A stretch of DNA of 17,767 nucleotides from Candidatus Zixiibacteriota bacterium (GTDB taxonomy: Bacteria; Zixibacteria; MSB-5A5; GN15; JAAZOE01). Within the stretch, counting starts at the first letter, position 1. The number at the start of each line of letters is the position of its first letter. The notes beneath the pieces were generated by a model. It saw only the letters and a list, made by a program, of their open reading frames with translations. It had not been told where the DNA came from and did no database searches. The stretch covers positions 1-17,767 of the forward strand of contig JBDREQ010000054.1 of assembly GCA_043819555.1 (NCBI GenBank). Reading direction: 5' to 3'. Shown here piece after piece: positions 1 through 8,222 of this stretch. The position numbers and the translations under genes are program-made.

Positions 1-2
1 TG

Positions 3-1796
3 TATGACAAACAAATAGCTCAGGCTGTTGCTGCTTTTCAAGCATCGCGGGAAATTGGAAGTCATTTTCAAATTCAGGCAACCGCCAAACCGGGCGTATC
101 GCTTGAAGAGCTTGAACGGGAGATTGACGACATCTTAAATGATGTTATGACCAACGGGATCACACCCGAGGAATTTGAATTGGCTCGCACCAATTGGGAG
201 TCGGGATTTATTCGCCGGCTTGACAATATAAGCGGGTTTGGCGGTATGGCCGATATGATGAACGCCTATAATATATTCCTTGGCGGACCGGATATGTTCA
301 ACTGGGATAAAGCTCGATATGAAAAGGCAACGATTGATGATATGTTGGCATATATGAGAACGTATATGCAGCCGGACAAAAGAGCAATTCTCTCAGTCTA
401 TCCGAAAAGCCAGCTGACGGCATCTGAGCTGGCAGTAGATATGGCTGTAAATCCTGCCGGAGAAGAAAAGCCGTCATTCACTCCGCCGACAATACAGACC
501 GCGACATTATCTAACGGAATGGAATTGTATTTGGTCGAAGATCACGATTTACCGTTAGTTGAGTGCGATTTAATAATTAAGAGCGGATACGATTGTGATC
601 CGGCTGATCGACCGGGAGCAGCTTCTTTGACATCTGAACTCCTCAATGAAGGCACCAAAACAAGGAATGCTCTGGAAATATCCGATGCTTTCCGCGCTTT
701 GGGCGCGGATTTTGGAGTCGGCAGCGGCTGGGATAATACGTTCGTTAATCTAAACGTTTTGAAGAAAAACCTTGATGCGGCTTTGGATTTGACAGCCGAT
801 GTGGTAGTAAATCCGACTTTCCCGCAGGAAGAGCTCGACCGGCAAAAAGAAATCTATCTGGGCCGGATTAAGCAGGAAGCGATGCAGCCGTTTACGATTT
901 GTTATAAGGCTTTCAGCCGCGAGCTTTATGGTGCGGCCCATCCTTATGGGCAGCCATACACCGGTTCGGGTACCGAAGAATCGATTTCAGCCATCAGCCG
1001 CTCCGATCTGCAGGATTATTTCAATAATTACTATCGGCCCAACAACACTACCGCGGTTGTCGTGGGTGATATAACTCTTGATGAAGCCAAATCCAGGCTG
1101 GAGAAAGCATTCAAGAATTGGAAGAAAAGTGAAATTCCCGAGACTATGCTAAAACGGGCGGCATCTTTGGATAAAACCAAAGTCGTCATCATTGATAAAC
1201 CGGGAGCGACTCAGAGTGTGATCTTTGCCGGCAACCTGATCGAAAATCGAAATGATCCTGAATATGTTCCTTCAACGGTAATTACTAATATTCTCGGCGG
1301 TGGTTCAACCGGGAGGTTATTCCTTAACCTTCGCCAGGATAAAGGATATACTTACGGGGCCTATTCGTTCTTCTCGTCTCGTAAGGGACAGGGATCATTC
1401 GCGTGCTATTCTCAGGTACAGGGCGATAAGACAGTCGAATCTCTCACCGAATTCATGAAGGAAATCCGGGGTATTTGCGGTGAAATACCTTTGACCGAAA
1501 AAGAACTGACCGACAGCCGGAATAATTACGCCAACGGATATCCGCGGGAGTTCCAGACTATCGGGGGTATCGCCGGCCAACTTGGTACATTAGTAAGCTA
1601 TGATCTGCCGATGGATTACTGGAGTACTTACATAGACAAGATTAACGGCGTTGATATGAAGAAGGCCAATGAACTGGCTCAAAAGAAAATACATCCGGAT
1701 GCGCTTTTAATCGTGGTAGTTGGAGATCGTGAAAAGATTGAATCCGGCATTCGCGCTCTCAATCTGGGTGAAATTGTAATTGCCAGCGCCAATTAG
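3..1796 (+). CDS. M16 family (pitrilysin/PqqL-like) zinc peptidase, 5'-truncated by the window edge
   Basis: The frame is open from base 3 (YDKQIAQAVAAFQASREIGSHFQIQATAKPG...), so it starts upstream of the listed ATG at 147. It contains M16 C-terminal-half motifs: LSNGMELYLVEDHDLPLV, PGAASLTSELLNEGT, HPYG, YYRPNNTTAVVVGD and the R/Y pair in RLFLNLRQDKGYTYG. The HXXEH motif would lie upstream of the window. Confidence 0.92.
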   Translation, partial: YDKQIAQAVAAFQASREIGSHFQIQATAKPGVSLEELEREIDDILNDVMTNGITPEEFELARTNWESGFIRRLDNISGFGGMADMMNAYNIFLGGPDMFNWDKARYEKATIDDMLAYMRTYMQPDKRAILSVYPKSQLTASELAVDMAVNPAGEEKPSFTPPTIQTATLSNGMELYLVEDHDLPLVECDLIIKSGYDCDPADRPGAASLTSELLNEGTKTRNALEISDAFRALGADFGVGSGWDNTFVNLNVLKKNLDAALDLTADVVVNPTFPQEELDRQKEIYLGRIKQEAMQPFTICYKAFSRELYGAAHPYGQPYTGSGTEESISAISRSDLQDYFNNYYRPNNTTAVVVGDITLDEAKSRLEKAFKNWKKSEIPETMLKRAASLDKTKVVIIDKPGATQSVIFAGNLIENRNDPEYVPSTVITNILGGGSTGRLFLNLRQDKGYTYGAYSFFSSRKGQGSFACYSQVQGDKTVESLTEFMKEIRGICGEIPLTEKELTDSRNNYANGYPREFQTIGGIAGQLGTLVSYDLPMDYWSTYIDKINGVDMKKANELAQKKIHPDALLIVVVGDREKIESGIRALNLGEIVIASAN

Positions 1797-1820
1797 GCGT
1801 TTTTAATCCACATTTGAAAT

Positions 1821-1854
1821 AAAAGGCGAGAGCTTAAATGCTCCCGCTTTTTTT
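1821..1854 (+). terminator. Rho-independent terminator after the M16 peptidase
   Basis: GGCGAGAGC-ttaaat-GCTCCCGCT stem (one mismatch, one G-U pair) followed by a T run, 25 nt after the stop codon. Confidence 0.75.
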
Positions 1855-1892
1855 GTTGAAAAGAAACTTGGCTAATAATACCATCAATTTGT

Positions 1893-2663
1893 ATGCAAAG
1901 ATTAATTCGAGCTTTAATTATCATTGGATCAGGCCTCATCCTCTCATGCGCGGAGGTGCCGAAGAGTATTCAGGCGCGTCTGACCGTCGCGGCGCCGGAA
2001 TATCTCGAAGGTCTGCTTGATACCGTCGCGGTACAGTTCAAACGGGATAACGATATTTCGGTCACATTTCGTTTTGTCCACCCGGACAGTATTTTACTGC
2101 TGGCACAATCTGACCCCGCTATTGACCTTTTCATAATAAACAATCCCAATCGGCGCGATAAACTTATAAAAGATAGTCTGCTTGACAAGAATGTCTATTC
2201 CTGCGCTTTTCGATTATCTTACGTCATGGTCAATCGCACAAATGGCCCCCAATGCGACGACGTCAAAAACTGGAGAGACAAAAGTCTACGGCGCGTGGCG
2301 ATAGTTAATCCCCAGTGGGAATATGAAGGATATCTGGCCGGCCGCGTACTCAGAAAGCGTCGAATATATAATGATTTACAAGACAAGCTCATTCCGGCGC
2401 GCAATAGCGAGCATCTTCTTTCATTTTTGAACACAGGTGAGGCCGACGCCGCGCTGATGTTTGAGTTTTCGATCAAGGACGCTCAGGGCTTGATAATCCG
2501 GCAACGATTCGACGACGAGCTTAAAGATTATCTGGTCTTCTGTATAGGAGTTACACCTCATTCCAAATTCAAGAAATCGGCCCGCGCCTTCCTCGACCTG
2601 TTTGATTCCCGATTATGTGATTTGTACAAATTCAGGGGTGTCTATCAAATAACCGGCAGATAA
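1893..2663 (+). CDS. ModA-like (SBP_bac_11 type) substrate-binding lipoprotein, divergent
   Basis: Lipobox-like LILSC. Segments LTVAAP..L, PAIDLFI, RVAIVNP, LLSFLNTGEADAA and KSARAFLDLF parallel the ModA fold. No modB or modC is adjacent. Confidence 0.7.
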   Translation: MQRLIRALIIIGSGLILSCAEVPKSIQARLTVAAPEYLEGLLDTVAVQFKRDNDISVTFRFVHPDSILLLAQSDPAIDLFIINNPNRRDKLIKDSLLDKNVYSCAFRLSYVMVNRTNGPQCDDVKNWRDKSLRRVAIVNPQWEYEGYLAGRVLRKRRIYNDLQDKLIPARNSEHLLSFLNTGEADAALMFEFSIKDAQGLIIRQRFDDELKDYLVFCIGVTPHSKFKKSARAFLDLFDSRLCDLYKFRGVYQITGR

Positions 2664-2707
2664 AGACAAATTTATTGGGATAAGCTTATCTTTTTTCTTC
2701 CGGTCTC

Positions 2708-2735
2708 TTGTTTTTTTATGGGCAGAATATATATT
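2708..2735 (+). promoter_or_regulatory. Putative sigma70-like promoter of the comEA-pilM-rsmD-coaD operon
   Basis: TTGTTT-N16-TATATT, the same architecture as the candidates at 8915-8942 (-) and 17037-17064 (+). Confidence 0.45.
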
Positions 2736-2761
2736 TTTTCAAGAGGCAGGTTGATGTTATC

Positions 2762-3130
2762 ATGAATAGGTTTTTTGATTTTTCCCGGGAGCAAATGCGA
2801 ACGCTGGTAGTGCTGGCAATCATAGTCGTTTTGGCCGGGAGTTACAAATTCATTCGCGATTATTATATCAAACCGTCGCGTCCCGCCAGCGCCTGGAAAA
2901 TTTCTAAACTTGAAACACTTGAAGCAAACCTGAAAGTCGATCTCAATTATTCTCCCGCCGATTCGCTCGAGCTTGTTCCCGGCTTGGGACCGATTTTATC
3001 CCAACGAATTATTGACTATCGAACCCAAAATGGCAATTATCCCGCGGTTGATTCAGTTATGAACGTACCCGGTATCGGAGAAATTAAATTTAATCAAATT
3101 AGACCTTATCTCAAAGTCACATTGCCATGA
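2762..3130 (+). CDS. ComEA-family helix-hairpin-helix DNA-binding protein with N-terminal membrane anchor
   Basis: TM segment LVVLAIIVVLAG followed by the HHH_3 domain KVDLNYSPADSLELVPGLGPILSQRIIDYR..NG.Y..VDSVMNVPGIGE. ATG 2762 has a purine-rich GAGGCAGG upstream and is preferred to TTG 2708. Confidence 0.85.
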   Translation: MNRFFDFSREQMRTLVVLAIIVVLAGSYKFIRDYYIKPSRPASAWKISKLETLEANLKVDLNYSPADSLELVPGLGPILSQRIIDYRTQNGNYPAVDSVMNVPGIGEIKFNQIRPYLKVTLP

Positions 3131-3987
3131 ACAACGCAACGAATACATATGGATTGTCAATAATCGATCAAAAATGTTTGACCGCTCTGGTTTCTTATGA
3201 CGGCGGTAGGCCTTTGGTTAAATCAATAAATCAATATGACGGGCTAAAAAATTGCGAAATTGATGGCGGTCGAATTTTTATCGGTGTTGACGACCGCATG
3301 GCTCAAATCAAGAAATTGAAAATCAAACAAAGCTCCCTTTTTAACGCTTCGGCTGTCGCACAATTTGAGATGGCGCAATGTCTCCTCGAACCCGAAAGCG
3401 AATTCTATTTTGATAATCTTCCGCTCGAATCGGATAACGGTTTTCAGCGGTTTTTGACGATTGCTTATCACCGACATGCGATTGATAGATTAATCGAAGA
3501 TTGTGAAAAATACCTGCCCTGTCCTTCGGGATTCAAACTCGACGCCCTCGCCCTATCCGCCGGGTATCTGACGTTCTGCCGCATCGAACCGGGAGATTTG
3601 CAGGCTCTTTTAAATATCGAATCGGATCTAATCACTATTGCCTTTATTTACAAACAAAAACTGCAGGCCGTCGGTTATCTTAAATCAAATATCCATGACG
3701 ATATGAGCGTCGAATCGGCCAGGAAGATAGCCGGTGAATTAAGGATGGCCATTAGTTATCGGCAAAGCGAATTATTTAATGATGGCATTACTATTCCCCT
3801 GAGCCGCTTAATTGTGTGTGGAGGATGCGCTCGCAAAGAAATTATCATATCGGCCATCGTCGAACAAATGGCAACGGAATTAACTCTGCCGAAATTTCAT
3901 GAAGGTTATTTTCAATCACTCCCCGATGATGAAAAATCATTTCCGCTCGAAAAATATTTAATTCCTCTCGGATTGGCGGTCGAATGA
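3127..3987 (+). CDS. PilM/FtsA-like actin-fold protein, divergent
   Basis: PilM-like segments FEMAQCLLEPESEFYFD, LTIAYHRHAID, LDALAL, ALLNIESDLITIAF, IAGELRMAISY, RLIVCGGCA and terminal PLGLA. ATGA overlap with the comEA-like stop. Confidence 0.6.
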   Translation: MNNATNTYGLSIIDQKCLTALVSYDGGRPLVKSINQYDGLKNCEIDGGRIFIGVDDRMAQIKKLKIKQSSLFNASAVAQFEMAQCLLEPESEFYFDNLPLESDNGFQRFLTIAYHRHAIDRLIEDCEKYLPCPSGFKLDALALSAGYLTFCRIEPGDLQALLNIESDLITIAFIYKQKLQAVGYLKSNIHDDMSVESARKIAGELRMAISYRQSELFNDGITIPLSRLIVCGGCARKEIIISAIVEQMATELTLPKFHEGYFQSLPDDEKSFPLEKYLIPLGLAVE

Positions 3988-4523
3988 GCCTGAAGATTAC
4001 CGGAGGATATCTGAAAGGCCGCATAATTAAGACCCCCTCCGGCCGCGATACCCGACCCACTCTTGCCCGCGTCCGAGGGGCGATCTTCTCAATGATTCAG
4101 CATGATATCGAAAACGCGAACGTTCTTGACATTTTCGCCGGTTCGGGAGCCCTGACTATTGAAGCTCTTTCCCGGGGCGCGGCATCGGCTGTGTTGATTG
4201 AGAATAATCGCAAAACCGCCGGTATTATCAAAACCAATCTGGATTCGCTTGAATTAAAATCCCGCATATTGAATGCTGATTACAAAAAAGCCTTCCAAAT
4301 CCTTAAAAGCGAATCTTTGAATTTTGATATAATCTTCGCCGATCCCCCGTATGACCTGATAGAACCCAGCCAACTCGCATCCGAAATATCGGAATACTCT
4401 TTGATAAAACCGGGAGGATTGTTTATCTTGGAACATGCCGGGAATATTATTCCCGATGATGTACGAAAAATAAAAACGCGCCGTTTCGGAGATTCGGCCA
4501 TATCGGTATTTCATTATGAGTGA
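3984..4523 (+). CDS. rsmD: 16S rRNA (guanine966-N2)-methyltransferase RsmD
   Basis: LKITGGYLKGR, TRPT..RVR.AIF, VLDIFAGSGAL.IEALSRGA and FADPPY motifs. Classic position upstream of coaD. Confidence 0.95.
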   Translation: MSLKITGGYLKGRIIKTPSGRDTRPTLARVRGAIFSMIQHDIENANVLDIFAGSGALTIEALSRGAASAVLIENNRKTAGIIKTNLDSLELKSRILNADYKKAFQILKSESLNFDIIFADPPYDLIEPSQLASEISEYSLIKPGGLFILEHAGNIIPDDVRKIKTRRFGDSAISVFHYE

Positions 4524-5007
4524 AAATAAAAAGAAAATTGCGATTTATCCCGGGACTTTTGACCCGACCACCAACGGTCATATATCTCTTATTGACAGAG
4601 CTGTCGGGCTCTTTGATGAATTAATCGTCGCGGTCGCCAAAGCCAGCACCAAAAAAACTTTATTTACGATAGATGAGCGACTGGAGATTGCTCAAAAAGC
4701 AGTCGACGGTAAAGACCGTGTCCGGGTTGAATCATTCGAAGGTCTCCTGGCCAATTATGCTCGCGACGTCGGCGCCTGCGCCGTTATCAGGGGTCTGAGG
4801 GCGGTATCTGATTTTGAGTTTGAATTTCAGATGGCGTTGATGAACCGCCGCATGATTCACGATATCGAAACTGTTTTTCTCATGCCGGCTTTGTCGTGGG
4901 TTTATCTGTCGTCAACGATAGTCAAAGAAGTCGCCGCCAACGGCGGCGATATTTCCGGCCTCGTTCCGGATGCCGCCCTTGATGCGTTGAATAAGAAATT
5001 TAAGTAG
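4516..5007 (+). CDS. coaD: Phosphopantetheine adenylyltransferase
   Basis: AIYPGTFDPTTNGH, IRGLRAVSDFEFEFQMALMNR and LSSTIVKEVA motifs. Confidence 0.98.
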   Translation: MSENKKKIAIYPGTFDPTTNGHISLIDRAVGLFDELIVAVAKASTKKTLFTIDERLEIAQKAVDGKDRVRVESFEGLLANYARDVGACAVIRGLRAVSDFEFEFQMALMNRRMIHDIETVFLMPALSWVYLSSTIVKEVAANGGDISGLVPDAALDALNKKFK

Positions 5008-5052
5008 GTAATCTATTTATTCAGGTTTCGGGCAGGAACGATTTAACTTAAG

Positions 5053-5661
5053 TTAATACGTTTCTCGCAAAAATTCCCGTAGTTTTTCATAGGTCTTTCG
5101 ATTATTCACTCTGGCAGGATGTCGAAAAGGAACAACAATATATTTATCGCTTTTGGCCGCCTTTTCATGAGGTTTATCCGAATCAATGTCCAGGTCGAGA
5201 ATCCAGATAAGACTTTCAAAAGTTCCGCAGGCAATTATTATGTCTGGATTAATTTCGGAAATTTGCTTTCTTAAAAGATGTCTGTCTCTATAGGCGTGGG
5301 CGTTTATAACGGCCATATTGGAAATACTCTCACCGGTGGTCTTCTTTAAATTAATGCTGGCAATTTTATGAATATCTTTGGAATAAATTTCCGCTTTGTC
5401 AATCTCTTCATAATCCGGGAAATCGCGCAGAATTCCTGACGTCCAGCGGGCGATAGTAAACCACATACGAATCTTTAAGCCCTTATCAAAAAGTGTTCTT
5501 AAATCTCCACCGGGCCAATCATTTACTTCTTTCATAACATATAGAATTTTGACTTTGGCTTTTTCAAACTCATTATTATCAAATATTCCGTCTTTGCAGA
5601 CATCCTCAATCCTGATATTTAATTCGCGATAATGTTCGAACCATCTTTCCCAAATGTCCAT
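5053..5661 (-). CDS. Hypothetical protein, uracil-DNA glycosylase-like superfamily fold
   Basis: 202 aa with a GGAG RBS. The pattern KILYVMKE..., IASINLKK, LLRKQISEINPDIIIACGT and C-terminal VVPFRHPA matches the UDG alpha/beta layout (motif A strand, N-containing strand, xxPxxIIxxG, HP motif B). Confidence 0.55.
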   Translation of the reverse strand: MDIWERWFEHYRELNIRIEDVCKDGIFDNNEFEKAKVKILYVMKEVNDWPGGDLRTLFDKGLKIRMWFTIARWTSGILRDFPDYEEIDKAEIYSKDIHKIASINLKKTTGESISNMAVINAHAYRDRHLLRKQISEINPDIIIACGTFESLIWILDLDIDSDKPHEKAAKSDKYIVVPFRHPARVNNRKTYEKLREFLRETY

Positions 5662-5741
5662 AATAATGCTCCACTTTATTTAAATTTGACTGGTTTATCG
5701 GGTCTTGATTTCACGAAGTAAAATAGTACCTGGCGCAACAT

Positions 5742-6662
5742 TTAATTATCATATAAAAGTTCGTCTCCGGATGATGATTCCTGGTTTTCATCCGGTTCTT
5801 CATCAGGATTAGTGTATGGCAGTATCCTAATTCCATTCTCATGAAGGATATCAAGTTGTTCGGGAGTCAGGAAAACTTTGAAGTGATGTTCTTTGTCTGT
5901 CGATATGAGAGAGTCAACCTTGTCTTTGGCAAAATTATAATCTTTAGTTTCGGACAGGTCAAGGATATATACATCTTTCCGCATCCATTCAAAATATTCT
6001 ATCATACTTTCATCGTCTTTGGCGTCCTTCGGATCGGCAAAAGTGGGAGCAACGCGAAACTTATATTCGCCTTTCCTGCGAATATATGTTTTATCGCCGA
6101 CTACCAGCGTTTGAGCCGAATACTCGGTAAGGGGCGTTTTTTCCATCTCCTTCATTTTTCTGTATTGCTGTTCTTCTTTAGAAACGATTCTCGGTTTACG
6201 CTTAGTCGGATCAGAGCCTCTATTTTTTTTAGGATTTCCGTGAAAAAAACCTCTGCCTTCCGTCGTTATCCAAAAATAATTAACAAGCATGCGAACAGTA
6301 TCCACAGTTTGGATATATATTTCAATGCCGGAGGTATCGTTTTCAGGAATGTTGAGCTTCAATTCGAATATAGCAGGTTTTTCCTTACTGGCTGTTGCTG
6401 TCATTGTCATCGGACCGTCATATCGCAAATTATCAATTGTGTCAATAATAAAGGTAAGTTCGCACACTTTACAGCGACACAAATCGGGTGTGACAGTAGA
6501 TATAAGAGTAACTTCACCACTTGCCAACGAATCTGGCGAAATAGTGATGTCCACTTTGAACGGATGAGGAATTCCCGGCGGTGTCGCATTAGCCCCGGCA
6601 TTCAAAATGACAACCGACAGAGCGATTGTCATTACAATAAAAAAACATCTCGATATTTTCAT
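5742..6662 (-). CDS. Secreted hypothetical protein (signal peptide, beta-rich N-domain with CxCxxC, acidic tail)
   Basis: A strong GGAGGTG RBS precedes ATG 6662 (MKISRCFFIVMTIALSVVILNAGANA), preferred to GTG 6677. Sec-type signal ending in ANA. Confidence 0.7.
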   Translation of the reverse strand: MKISRCFFIVMTIALSVVILNAGANATPPGIPHPFKVDITISPDSLASGEVTLISTVTPDLCRCKVCELTFIIDTIDNLRYDGPMTMTATASKEKPAIFELKLNIPENDTSGIEIYIQTVDTVRMLVNYFWITTEGRGFFHGNPKKNRGSDPTKRKPRIVSKEEQQYRKMKEMEKTPLTEYSAQTLVVGDKTYIRRKGEYKFRVAPTFADPKDAKDDESMIEYFEWMRKDVYILDLSETKDYNFAKDKVDSLISTDKEHHFKVFLTPEQLDILHENGIRILPYTNPDEEPDENQESSSGDELLYDN

Positions 6663-6876
6663 AAAATCACCTCCCACGTAAAAGGATGGATATATACCTT
6701 ATACAAACTGCCGCTCTGATCGGATTAGTATCATATTCCCCGCATGAGCATAAACATAATTAAGTATAATTATATTGTTGTGTAAATAAATATTTGTATA
6801 AATGTATAAAACGCGAGTTTCTTTCGGCTAGGTCAAATTTATCCAATCACCATCAGTCAAGACCTGATACATCCTC

Positions 6877-8199
6877 TTAAAATGCCGCCCCACCCGTCGT
6901 AAACGTCCAGACCGCATCGGCCGGGATCGGCTGATCGGTGATGTCGCGCACGCCCTTCGTCATAATAACTTTGTAGGTATGATTCGGCAAAAACGGCTGT
7001 GACGGGACAAACGTCGCGGTTTTGTTACTATACGTTCTGATTCCCGAAACGAGACTGTCATCTTCTTTCAGCACCGCGAACGTCTCGCTGGTAAACGAGG
7101 ATAAATCCATGTCGTTGGTAAACATTACCCAGACCGTCGCATCGACCGTTACACCTGTTGCTCCCGGCTGGGGATAAACCGAAACAATCTCCGGCCCGCC
7201 GCCGGTGGTGAACGACCAGCTATAATTGAGGTACAAAATATTGTCCGATTTATCAGCCACCTGGCCGCTTATGGTCACAGTGTATTCCAGATTATTCAAT
7301 AGATATTGATTGGGCGTAAAGATGACGGCGCTGTCTTCCGTCCTGAAAACTCCATTGATTCCAAAACTGACAGATGCCAGTAGGTTTATAGATGCGGGAT
7401 TAATATCTTCATTGAATATTAGTGAGATCGGTGTGTTAGCCGGGACATTAGTTTCATCTTCAGCCGGAGATACTCTGACTAAAACCGGCGGCAGCGAATC
7501 TGAGTAGATTGTCGAAAAACTCCAGGTATAATCGCTCCCCATCGACATGCCCGCGTTGTTTGTGATATCGGATGAGAGCGTAACCGTATAGTTCGTATCC
7601 GGCAGTAAATTATTATTCGGCGTAAATCGGGCAATCCGATTTGAATAGGTTACCGTTCCTGCGACATTATTATTCAGATAAAAGGTATTGCTATTGATTG
7701 TGGCGGGGTTCATCTCGTTGGCAAAAGTTACCGTTATAACAGCATTCAATGGTATCTGAGATTGTCCGTTAACGGGGTAGGTCGATTCCAGAAATGAACT
7801 TCCCAGTCCGGTCGTAAACGACCACTTGTAATCGGCGTCCATGATATTGCCGATCGTATCGGCGATTCCGGCTCGGATTGTGATAGTGTATTCGGTATTG
7901 TACTCAAGGTTATTGTACGGCTGAATTTTTGTCTGCATTTTATTGCTGGACACGGCCCTGCCCGGATTTCCACTGACATTAAATTTTCCATCCAGAGTGG
8001 CAGTATCCATCGGGCGAAGATATGTAATAATTATATCGGAGGTAACGGCAACTGATGTAGCCCCGTCAGGAGGGACAACCGAATCAATAAAATAAACGGG
8101 TTCTTCGGGAATTAACCCTAAATCCGGGGTTTCTTCAGTGCAGCCGTACCATAAGGCAACAGCCAGCATCACCAAGCATATCGGAAACAGTTTTCGCAT
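6877..8199 (-). CDS. Lipoprotein with four tandem bacterial Ig-like (Big_5/SbsA-type) domains
   Basis: Lipobox LWYGC. Four ~95-aa repeats with the pattern P.dGat.V......I...F...Md..t ... F.P...L.....Y.VT....i.D..g......y.WsFtT. Confidence 0.88.
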   Translation of the reverse strand: MRKLFPICLVMLAVALWYGCTEETPDLGLIPEEPVYFIDSVVPPDGATSVAVTSDIIITYLRPMDTATLDGKFNVSGNPGRAVSSNKMQTKIQPYNNLEYNTEYTITIRAGIADTIGNIMDADYKWSFTTGLGSSFLESTYPVNGQSQIPLNAVITVTFANEMNPATINSNTFYLNNNVAGTVTYSNRIARFTPNNNLLPDTNYTVTLSSDITNNAGMSMGSDYTWSFSTIYSDSLPPVLVRVSPAEDETNVPANTPISLIFNEDINPASINLLASVSFGINGVFRTEDSAVIFTPNQYLLNNLEYTVTISGQVADKSDNILYLNYSWSFTTGGGPEIVSVYPQPGATGVTVDATVWVMFTNDMDLSSFTSETFAVLKEDDSLVSGIRTYSNKTATFVPSQPFLPNHTYKVIMTKGVRDITDQPIPADAVWTFTTGGAAF

Positions 8200-8222
8200 T
8201 TACCCACCTGCTAATTAAAAAA

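Noticed and set aside
147..149. ATG 147 as the start of the peptidase
   Set aside because: The frame is open to the window edge with M16-like sequence, so the true start is upstream.
2708..2761. TTG start extending the comEA-like gene
   Set aside because: The segment coincides with the promoter-like motif. ATG 2762 has the better RBS.
5043..5056. Palindrome TTAACTTAAGTTAA between the convergent coaD and UDG-like genes
   Set aside because: Almost all A/T, overlaps a stop codon and is too weak for a terminator. Plausibly chance.
5841..6719. 292-aa plus-strand ORF antisense to the secreted hypothetical gene
   Set aside because: F/I/R-rich composition typical of an antisense shadow. The minus-strand ORF has a strong RBS and a signal peptide.
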